From contig OZ024742.1 of NCBI GenBank assembly GCA_964016885.1, positions 54,064,001 through 54,128,000 of the forward strand: a stretch of DNA of 64,000 nt, in the 5' to 3' direction. The notes under the pieces were generated by a model. It made no database searches. It saw nothing but the letters and a program-made list of their open reading frames with translations, and was not told the DNA's origin. A program made the translations under genes and the position numbers. The DNA comes from Eledone cirrhosa. Taxonomy: Eukaryota. This document shows positions 11,507 to 25,248 of the stretch, piece by piece; position 1 is the first letter of the stretch; each line of letters starts with the position of its first letter.

Positions 11507-12127
11507 CCGTTCTTGCTTTCTTCTTATTCTTATTTTTAAGCATCTAGCAACTACCCAGCCAACCCTCTTCTTCATATATTTTATCATGGTTCGCTGTGCC
11601 CCATCTTCTCTCTCCTTCTACCTACCTATTTTGTTGCTATCTACTCTTCCCCCTCTTTCTTTCTCTCTCTTTCTCCCTCTCACTATCACTCACTCTCTCT
11701 CTGTTAGCCACCTCATCGTTTCTCTCGTCTGACCCTCTAGCAGTTCTTTTCTCACTCACACTCGCTGGGATCAGACGTGTCTTTTCGCTCGTCCACACAA
11801 TCCAGAACTTATGTTCAGTAATCGTCTGGACTTGAATTTTTTCTCTTTGAGTTGATCGACCACTCTTCGATTGGTTTTCTCTCGTTTATTTCTGCTTTTC
11901 TTTGCTGTTTTTCTCTTTTCTCTTTTTTCTCTTTTTCTTTCTGTTATCCTATATTATCTTTCCCTCCCTCCTTCGTTTTCCCAATAACTTACCTAGTTAT
12001 TGAACGCACTGGGGGTAGATATCTTGTCTTTAATGCGTAGAAGTAGAAATATCCGAGACCCCCAGCAGACAACTGATGAGGACCCCGCCCCCGTTTTTGC
12101 TTTCTTCTTTTTCTTATTTTTAAGCAT
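11507..12127 (+). mobile_element. Non-coding ~584-nt unit with terminal direct repeat and a permuted HHR-like motif
   Basis: 11507-11543 is repeated at 12091-12127; homologous to 40211-41043 and 38190-38310 (both minus). Confidence 0.7.
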
Positions 12128-12139
12128 ATATATAGATAT

Positions 12140-12336
12140 AAAATATAGAAAGGGCTTCTACAGGACTAGAACTGTTACATTCAAAGGAAATCATCAGGAA
12201 AGGGCTTTCCTGATGATTTCCTTAGAATGAAGCAGTTCTAGTTCTGTAGAAGCCATTTCTATATTAAATATTTATACTCTGCTATGTTTTAAGTACCTTA
12301 TTTTCTGTGGTTACCCCCGATTGAACCCGAAATAAA
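12140..12336 (+). mobile_element. Family A HHR end with 5' inversion
   Basis: Palindrome centred at ~12202 with HHR cores on both arms. Confidence 0.75.
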
Positions 12337-12369
12337 CACACACACATGCACACACACACACGCACACAC

Positions 12370-13523
<1,154 letters not shown>

Positions 13524-13540
13524 TATATATATATATATAT

Positions 13541-13732
13541 ATATAGATGAGATTCTACAGGACTAGAACTGTTTCATTCATTAGAAATCATCAGGAATCT
13601 GATTCCTGATGATTTCTAATGAATGAAACAGTTCTAGTCCTGTAGAATCTCATCTATATTAAAACTGTTATACTCTGCTATGTATTGAGTACCTTACTTA
13701 CTGTGGTTACCTCCGATTCAACCCGGAATAAC

Positions 13733-13735
<3 letters not shown>
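13541..13735 (+). mobile_element. Family A: perfect palindrome of two complete HHRs plus 3' tail
   Basis: HHR minus 13551-13599 and plus 13601-13649: gattc-CTGATGA-TTTC-TAAT-GAAT-GAAA-CAG-ttctagtc-CTG-TA-gaatc. Confidence 0.85.
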
Positions 13736-13765
<30 letters not shown>

Positions 13766-14149
13766 TGATAAATTCCCAAGGCCAGTATAATGCGGATAGA
13801 AAAATATATACATAAATATGTTATTGGTATGACAAATAATGTTTTTTGCCCTGTATTTCATCATATTTTATATTTCATCATATTTTAAGGTAAATAACCC
13901 AAAACGATGCATCTTCCTGTAGTGTTCATTGTGCATGAATGGAGTAATCATAAACGCCACACTCCTCCATGTGGCTTGTTTTATTGTTCATTAGTGGTTT
14001 TTGTGTGTTTATAATTAAGGCTTTTTTAATTTTTAAATACCCCTACATTCTTCTCCGTCGCCTCAATGTTGATCTCAGTGTCTCGATTGCATTATTTATA
14101 CATTATACTGGCCTTGTGCCTATACTAGAAATCATTATATATACATTAT

Positions 14150-14340
14150 AAGGGTGGTGGATTGGCAGTATCGGTAGTGGTTCGGAAGCCATGCTTTGCA
14201 GCCTAGAGTTACGGCCCTTTATGATCTGAGTTCAAATCCCGCCGAGGTTAACTTTGCCTTTCATCTTTACGGGGTCGATAAAATAAAGCACCCCTACCCC
14301 CAAATTTCTGGCCTTGTGCCTATACTAGAAATGATTATTT
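14150..14340 (+). mobile_element. tRNA-derived SINE with Nin/Deu-like central domain
   Basis: A-box-like tggcagtatcggtag, B-box gagttcaaatcc, central actttgcctttcatc..cggggtcgataaaataaag. Confidence 0.85.
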
Positions 14341-14362
14341 ATACATTATGATCATTATGATA

Positions 14363-14525
14363 ATTGTTTCTACTTTAGGCACAAGGCCAGCAATTACCCC
14401 GTGCATTACTGGTACTTTATTTTATCGACCCCGTAAGGATGAAAAGCAAATTCAACCTCGGCGGGATTTGAACTCAGATCGTAAAGGGACGTGTCCGACC
14501 CTCTACCGATACTGCCAATCCACAA
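14363..14525 (-). mobile_element. Same SINE family, tail-to-tail with the previous copy
   Basis: Reverse complement of the 14150 and 46675 copies. Confidence 0.85.
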
Positions 14526-14981
14526 TGTTTCGTACTTATGTATAGATACTCTATTACAGTATAACGCTTTCCAGCTGATAGGCTGATGCCATGCTGGGGC
14601 ACAGTTTATTTTTCCAACATATCACTGTCGATTTAAATATATTGATTTTCTTTATAGTTAAATATTGGTATTTTGCCCATTAATTGTTTTTTAGATTCAT
14701 ATTCCAACACATTCAATATTTCCACCGCATATATATAAATCAGCCTATCCCTGGATACATTCACTATATTTCAAGTTAATGTTCTAATTAATGCTTAGAT
14801 ATATAAAGTTTATTTCCATTAGTAGGAATATTTAACTTTAAAGCTTAACTCTTAAATGGCAGTTAATTAATTTAATCACTGATTAATGCATGGAAAACTA
14901 TTTATGCTAAATTTAACTCATCAAGCATCATTGCTTTTTGCATTTCTTCTTTCGCTTTTCTCTCAACTCTATTCGACTTCG

Positions 14982-15060
<79 letters not shown>

Positions 15061-15064
<4 letters not shown>

Positions 15065-15222
15065 AACAAGTATGACCCCGACGGCAGAGCTCAAGCCGAC
15101 GGATAATTCTGAACTCTGCCGTCGGAGTCATACTTGTTCCTATTAGCCACTCTACTACCCTAAGTATTGAGTACTTTAATACGTTATGCTCCATCTGGTT
15201 CCTTACCACATTTCCTTCGTTA
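15061..15222 (+). mobile_element. PLE-type 3' tail with 5' fold-back
   Basis: Inverted repeat 15061-15142; tail shared with 3438, 52506 and 59018. Confidence 0.7.
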
Positions 15223-15237
15223 TATATATATATATAT

Positions 15238-16700
15238 CACCAAAACAAAATATATCAGTCACATCACATTTTTAAGTCGCTGTCTCCACAACTACCTCAT
15301 TCCCGGAAGTTTCTGCCTCAAGTTCCACCTCACCTCTTACTCCGCTACCACCACTGAGCCCATCATTACGCGCTCCTTTCGCGGGTGACTACCCGATCTA
15401 CTCTCGCCCAAATCCGTCTCTCGACTGAGATCTCCCCAAGGCCTACCGCCATCTCTCCTCCACTTGCCACCCCTCCTCGCCCAATCCCTTATCCAATTCA
15501 ACCATTACCTCATCGCCTCCTCTTCAATTTCCTCACTTCCATAAAAAAACAACAAACTTCACTCACTCCGCTCTCAGCATGCCGTCGCCACCCATATTCA
15601 TTTCATCTCCAGCCGTAACCATACAATTCCATCACCTACCACCCCCTTTCCTCTCCCCACCACTGAATCTGTACACGTTATGCGTAGCCACCTTAGCCCC
15701 TCCGCCTCCGCCACTTTCACTCCCTCACGTCCCTCCACTGTTGTCACCATACCCCAGGACCTACCGCTCTCCGAAGCTGGGCGCTCCATCCTCACCCGGG
15801 GTTTGCGTTTTAAAACTAACCACATCAATCTGCCACTTTTCCCTACATGTCTCTGTCCGGGGTGTCCTTTTACATCACTGATCACAGGCCTCACACACCA
15901 GGACTGAATAGAGTTTTATTTACCGCCTTGCGTCCTGTTTCCCTCATGGACTTAGCTCCCCTCACCAATTTCTTCAATATTTCACATATACGTTCATGCT
16001 TACTTCTCTACCTTTTGTCCCCCTTTTTACCCCGTCCGTTATCACAGCCGCGCTTGTACATTCACCTCTAGATTCCTATGGCTCGCTTCTCAGAAACATA
16101 TACTCTTACAGCTGATACACAATACGCACATAAACTCTACTTTTCCCTTCACAGCTCTGTATACACACACACACACACTCCCTTATATTAACATACTTTC
16201 GCTCACAGCTTCGTACTTACAAGCACACACCCTTTTGCTTACATATACGCACACATATCCTCTTAGCTTCGTACGGACGTATAATAACACACACACACAA
16301 ATACACACATACACACACAAACACAGACACACAAACTCGCACACTCGCACACACACTCACAAACACACACACTCGCACACGTATAGCTTAATATACAAAA
16401 GTTTTTTATTCCATTTCAAGTAGCCGCGCTCCATCATCCACTTTTGTAAAATAAGTATATCACAGTTTTCCAAGAGATGTCAACATGAATGGACCTGTAA
16501 TTTTTCTCTAAAAAAATTATTCTCCGATTCCGCCCTGCCGGCCCCCTCTATCTTTCTAATTTCTCGTTCTTTCTTCTGATGAAAGACTAGTGTCCGAAAC
16601 GTTAAGATCCTCTTCCTGCTATTTCAAGAGTTAACTTAATATATTCCTTCCATATACTGTACCGATTGTGTTTATATTTCTGTTTACCTTTTACATACAT
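15238..16700 (+). mobile_element. Internally deleted Neptune-type PLE
   Basis: N-terminal motif VVTIPQDLPLSEAGRSILTRGLRF joined almost directly to C-terminal HTPGLN; HHR at 16572-16607. Confidence 0.72.
16572..16607 (+). ncRNA. Minimal hammerhead ribozyme
   Basis: tctt-CTGATGA-A-AGAC-TAGT-GTCC-GAAAC-GTT-aaga; cleaner paralog at 34519-34554. Confidence 0.72.
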
Positions 16701-16796
16701 ATATATGTATATGCAGATATATAGAGAGAGACGTAGATAGAAGGATTGAGAACGAAGGAGAGAGAGAGAGTAATGTGCGTGTATATGTGCGTGTGA

Positions 16797-16890
16797 AGGC
16801 GCATTGTTTAGTAGTTAGCATATCCAGCCGACGATCGTGAAGTCATGAGTTCGATGACTGGCGCTTTGTATCCTTGAACAAATCATTTGC
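16797..16890 (+). mobile_element. tRNA-headed SINE 5' fragment
   Basis: ggcgcattgtttagtagttag...gagttcgat...tgtatccttgaacaa. Confidence 0.55.
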
Positions 16891-19469
16891 AGCATTAATG
16901 CGAAAGACCATTCATATCACATCAAGTTAAATTTACAAGTGTGACTGTTTACTCCACCGTATCAACTGGTATACACATCGTCGGAACCAAGGGTTGGTCA
17001 AAATACGCAAATACACAATCATACATACATACACATGCACACACACAAACGCACACACAGAGAAACCCTCGCACATATATGGCGTAGAGTTTAGTGTTAG
17101 AGATACAGTGTAAGTTTAGTCCAAGATATTGTTTATGGTTGGAGGGTAAGTTTATGGTGAAGAATTAGGAATATGATTTCGAACTATGTTTTACAATTAA
17201 GGTTTTGATTTTATAGTTAGCCTCTTTTAATGTCAGAACTTCGGTTTAGGAATTGTTGTATTGATAGAATTGTAATCTGCAATGTTTAAAGCATTGAATA
17301 GATTTTGCAATCAATAGGAACCATACGATTATAGTATTCACCATTATGACACGGTTGCATATATGATTTGTATTAGTGTCACACATATTCAATTAAATAT
17401 TGAAACAAATTTGACAGTTATTTTATTTATCCATCGACGGTGAAATGAAATAAACTACAATGTGATTTGAATTCCGGACGGAAAGATTGTTATTTAAATA
17501 TCTGCTAGTATTTTATTCAACCTTCTACCGATTTCGTCAAGCGGCACTATCATAATAATATCTAGCAATTGAAGGAGGTCACAATTTTTGTGGAGGGTAT
17601 ATATACATTCCATTTACCAACCACTGTATTTGAATATATTTTATCGAAAACAGTAAGATTAAATGAAATATTTTCGTCGCGGGATTTGATTTCAAAAACA
17701 ATGTAACATAATACGCATTTCCTCACTGTATTATTCTAAGTCTGGCTTAACAAATATCTGATGTTTTCAAGCATGTCACGCCATTATTGAAGGATGTTCA
17801 CTGTTGTGTGCTGCCTTATTGTTGTCGCTGTTGTTGTTACCTATGAAAAGTACTGACTTCGTAGAACAGAGCTATGATCAAAGACTTCCAGTCAGTGAGA
17901 ATCCACCCTGTTTACATGTAGAGCGCACTCCAGGCTACACCAGTCAATGTGCATAGTACAATTTAAGGAAGATTGCTTTGTAATATATTTCCGGATGAGT
18001 AATGATATAAATTTATTACGAATTGATTAATGATGCAGCTTAAATGATTAAGCAAGATATGTCATCACATGCAGGATTTGGAAATTAATTATAACATAAT
18101 TGGTTTTCACGTCAAGTTATTTACTTATAAAATTTATTCAATCTGCATTATTAGAGTTCCTCGTTGAATATAGCAGATATGCACAGCCATCCACTAGATT
18201 TTATGTATTTACTAGGAATTAAATATTGATATCTAATCTGGAACAAACATAAATATAACAAAAGAGGGAGCTTCATTGGGTCCACTGTGAGAGATAACAT
18301 CCAAATTCTTCTGACTTAAAAATAGAAAACAACCTATTTAATGTTGTTCGAACAACACCCTGTCTAATTATTTGAGACACCGGCGCTTTGAATACCTTTT
18401 ATCAATGACTATTTTGTTTTTGAGCCAGGCACTTTATTTCACGTTATACCTGTCCAGTCAACTAGAAAATAGGAGTACCCCTGTGGTGAGTTGGCACAAT
18501 TATGTGTTCTCTTTACTTATTTAGCCATTTTCTCTCACATTTCTTTTTTACTCTTTATAATTAATACAGCAAAATATGAGATTCTACCCTAAACATATAT
18601 AGCATTCATTCACATTGCTAATGGGTAAACGTTACTTGACAAATTATATTAACATAAAAGTCAATGTCTGATTACTGCGACATATATAATGTCTCCTATT
18701 CGAACCTTTGGGAATTACAGAATTTTATCTCATTACACACGAGTGATAATGTCATGTGATATCATATATTATTCCATGTGATGCTGTATAGTTCCATTGT
18801 TCTTTTTTTCTAATTGTACTCTTAATCAATGTCACTGGTCATTAATGTTTCGACATTCTGAATACATCGTTACACTTCCATTAACAATATTTAATTTTCA
18901 TTATTAAAATATTGATTATGATTAACACATCTGTGTGATTGAATGGTAATTAGATTAGATGGTATAATTAAGTTTCTGCTTGTCAATTACTATAAAACAG
19001 ATATTTGGCAAAATTAAAATATCATTCGGCTGCTCTATGTATACAAATGAAAGCATATGGTATAATGATATCAAATACGGTTCATATATTGTATCTATGG
19101 TTTATTTTTATCATATAAAAATTGGGGAATGAGAAAACAGAATATTATTTAGCAGTTACCTGAGTTCAAATATCTATAATAGGGTTATAAGACACTTCCC
19201 TGCAAATAAGTGAGGCGCTATCAAATATTTAACCAAACAAAGGTAATTTTGATTCAGAAGTTGTTCAAAGTCGGTCTAAATAATTTACAATGGTAAATTC
19301 CGGGCTAAATATCTTAACAACTAATGGTTGTATATTCTTTGTTGACACCCCATTGGCTTAGTCAATATAAACTGTACAGAACTGGTATTGACGTGGAATC
19401 ATTCAGCTATAACGCCATTGTACTTCAAACATATTTAAATCTTTCATATTTATATGAATGTTGAATTAT

Positions 19470-19648
19470 GGGGCGTAACTAATTTATTTACGTTATGAGT
19501 TCAAATCCCGCCGAAAATAAAGTTGTCTTTCATCTTTCCTGGGTTGATAAACTAAAGTATACCAGTAAAATACTGGGGTCAGTACAAACAACGTACCCTT
19601 TCTTAAAAGAAGTGCTGGCCTTATACCTTAGTTTGAAGCCATTATTAC
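19470..19648 (+). mobile_element. Old copy of the Nin-domain SINE
   Basis: gagttcaaatcccgccga...tttcatc...gggttgataa...ctggccttatacc. Confidence 0.7.
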
Positions 19649-20957
19649 TTAATTTACCGAACTAACTCATATCAATTTGATGGTCGGTATTATAAAGCTT
19701 TGTTTCTGATTCATAAAAAATTGTTATGTAATTAGTTGGTTTTATTTTAATATCTTTCTATGAATATCACATGCTGTATCTTACCATGATACAGTAGAAT
19801 GTATCATCGATTAGCATAATGCGATACGCTACACAACATAGCTTATTCTACCGTGACGTTCGAGAAATTGAAGGTATGAAGATTAAAGGAGCAGTTATGA
19901 GACTATGGGTTATACAATATATTTGCTGTTGTATCGTCATGGTTCCATGGTTGTTGCACAAACTAATACGAAACAATGGTAGAAAGTTTAAGATATAACC
20001 GAGTACAACACCAGCAAGAATATTGTTTACTAACATATCTTCAAATATATAGGAAACAGAAACTGTTGTTTTCTAATTCTATAACAGAGATAATTCAATA
20101 CCTTTTAGACAATAATTCCCAAAGTATTTATTTTATATTCTGAAATACTATAGGCAATATGATGAGCATTGTGATGATGTGAAGAATAAATAACATGTTT
20201 CAAGAAAAAAAAACAACACCAACAAAAGATACTCCCGTATGAATGCAATCAAATTTACATCGCTGCCAGTAACCAATAGAAAGATTTATCTTATCTTTCT
20301 TTTGCTCGAGGAAGGAAGACACCTGGCTGATTTTGACAAACACACATTCAAATATATTTGTAATAGCATAAATTTGAACGTTAGTAATTGAATACGCTAT
20401 AATTGTATCTGCCTTTTCTTAAACAATAGACTACTATTGATGCTACTCGAATAATAAATGGTAAGAATAACTACACACGCAAGCTGATATTTAGTGCATA
20501 CACTAATGTATTATGAAATAAATATGTAATAAATTTTGGTTCAGTAACAGGGGAAAATCATGGTATAATGTACGGAGAGTGACAAACTTCACACCACAAA
20601 ACTGTTGGCATAGACCGTGAAAAATACGAATGCAGCGAAATAATTAATCGCAAAAGTTTTAGTTAATTGGCCCGATGCAAAATGTTTGAATGTCATATGA
20701 GACACAGCTAGAGAAACGCAGACGACAAAAACAAGCAGGGAAAATTGATATCAGTGCATAGGTTAAATATTAGCGGTTTTCTGTTGATATCACTTAAACA
20801 TGAATACGTCCCCATATCACATATATGCACCAATCAATCAATATATATGTAACTACATAATCTATATATACATTATATATATGTATCTATATAAATAAAT
20901 AAATAGAAAAATAAATATATATATATATGAATATATGAATATATATATATATGGATG

Positions 20958-22195
<1,238 letters not shown>

Positions 22196-22233
22196 TATAT
22201 ATATATGGATGTATCTATCTATCTCTCTCTCTA

Positions 22234-23037
<804 letters not shown>

Positions 23038-23054
23038 ATATATATATATATATA

Positions 23055-23403
23055 TATTAATTCAAATATTAACAAAATAGATATTCTTGTGATCAATTAA
23101 ATTTTATTATACATATTTCAGAGGTACTTGAATCAAGTTCAACAGTGCGTCCTCATCTTAACCATCTAACATATCAGGGTATGTCATGTATCATTTTATT
23201 TTATCTGATGAGGACGTACTGTTGAACTTGATTCAAGTACCTCTGAAATATGTATAATATAATTTAATTGATCACAAGAATATCTATTTTGTTAATATTT
23301 GAATTAATATTAATAACGCTGGAAATTTTTCTTGTAGAGTGCTTCCAATCTACTGTAAAACTCATTCTTTGATGTACTCATTGAATCTTGCTTGACTCCT
23401 TAA
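23055..23403 (+). mobile_element. PLE 3' end with HHR (23198-23263) and 5' inversion
   Basis: attttat-CTGATGA-GGACGTAC..TTGAA..TTCAA-GTAC-CTCT-GAAA-TATGTATA-atataat; inverted arm 23055-23157. Confidence 0.78.
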
Positions 23404-23826
23404 TATATATATATGTATGTATGTGCTTGTAAATATATGTATATGTGTGTATTGACCCATAACATAGTAGGTGAATAGATAGGGATCAATCGGATATAAT
23501 GTTGATTTACCCTAATAGTAATATCGATTTACCTACAAGGCGTTGCCCTAGCTCGTGCTATTTTCTAGGAATGATATATTTACAATAATAGAAAACCTGT
23601 AATCTGAAACATGAACACGCCTATAAAACACAGAAATCTGAAGTGAGCTATAACATCTACAGAATAACAACAAAAATAGAACAAAACATATACGTAGACC
23701 ATATGTAAGTTATATTTATCTATCAATTGTAATTGAAGTTATATATTTCGTGTAAAACATGTAGACAGGGGGTGGCATCGGTGCGTGTGCAATAGTGTGC
23801 GTCTATGCACGTGCGTGTGTGTGTGC

Positions 23827-23863
<37 letters not shown>

Positions 23864-24669
23864 TGGGGAAAGAACGAGAATACTTTAATCTCAATTTGTA
23901 AAGAAATATGTAAATAGTTGTCAATGGTGACTGTGTGTGTATGTATGTGTGTGTGCTTGTGTGGGTTTTTATTTGTGTTTATTTGTATGACAAGGAAAGA
24001 GGCAGATTTAGTTTTACGACAAACAATTCTTGCCTATAAATTATAAAGGAGTACCATATTGCATTCTAGTAGTTTGTGTGATTTCTTAAATTTGTTGGGA
24101 TTATTGTGCGTAAATTATAAATATATCATTTTAAATGTTCTATTGGTCTTCAATACTTGGGGTTTGTTTCCTGTGACAACATAGATATTTCACAGGATCA
24201 GCTAGTGCAAAATAAAGCATAGAAACAGTGTATGTAGATCTAAATTTGTAACATTCGCCACATTGCACTACTTTCATAATCGATTTCACGAGGGGAAGGA
24301 GTCGTTATTTAGTAAATCTAAACGCTATAAATAGCAGACAATGTTTTCATAAACCCCGAGCCAATTTCTTAGTTCCATGGCATATAAGAAAGAAAAAAAA
24401 TGTGTTAGTTGTGACAAGTTACCTTTCCGTCATGAACTGTCTTGAATTTTTCTATCTAGGAAAAACAGCAATAGCTACAAGTTTGTCGCAACACAAATTT
24501 AATATTATACACAGTGTTTAAGAGCTAGTAAATTCAGTAATGCATCATTTGTGTTATGTAGAATCATGTTCTATAGTTTAATGTATCTATGCCAAAATTG
24601 TTGTTCATTATATTCTAGGGTTTTTAAAAGAAACAGATTGCTTTGTAAAATTCGAAACATTACATCTGC

Positions 24670-24670
<1 letters not shown>

Positions 24671-24700
<30 letters not shown>

Positions 24701-24752
24701 TGTATGTATGTATGTATGTATGTATGTATGTATGTATGTATGTATGTATGTA
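24671..24752. repeat. (TATG)n microsatellite
   Basis: Direct reading. Confidence 0.97.
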
Positions 24753-25010
24753 TGTTTAGTTAGTTGGTCACAGGGTTATTTACTTTGGTAAACACCACTG
24801 CAGGCCAACCACTAATTTAATTCGATATAGATATAATAAGATTATAACAAACTCGCTCGAGAGTGAACTGTCCGAGAGCGGGTCGCCAAGAAAAGCCAAG
24901 ATGTCACTTTTCTCCCTCCTTTATAATTCCTAGACCGGAAGTTCAAGGAATCCTTTAGAATTCAATGGGAAGTAACTCCAGCTACTTCCCTTTGTCTAGA
25001 GATCGCTACA
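24753..25010 (-). mobile_element. Possible solo LTR inserted in (TATG)n
   Basis: TGT...ACA termini, TATAAAGG on the minus strand, tatgta on both flanks (could be coincidental in a microsatellite). Confidence 0.45.
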
Positions 25011-25248
25011 TATGTATGTTCTGGTTTTATAATTTCACAAATGTTTGCTAATAGAGAGAGAGTCGGTTTCTAACATAGATACAAGACTCTCTCAATGGAA
25101 TTTACACATCAACTAGGTAGATATATATGCATGTCTGCATGCATGTGTGTGCAAGTATGGATGTTATTGTATATGTGGATGTGTATGTTTTGAGTTATAT
25201 GTGTGCATGTGTATATGTTTGGTATCTGTACATGTGTACATGGAGTTA

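Noticed and set aside
16900-20860. Microsatellite-poor unique-looking region, including ORF 19848-20036
   Set aside because: No recognisable protein motif or convincing exon; only worn SINE traces. A small exon cannot be excluded without RNA data.
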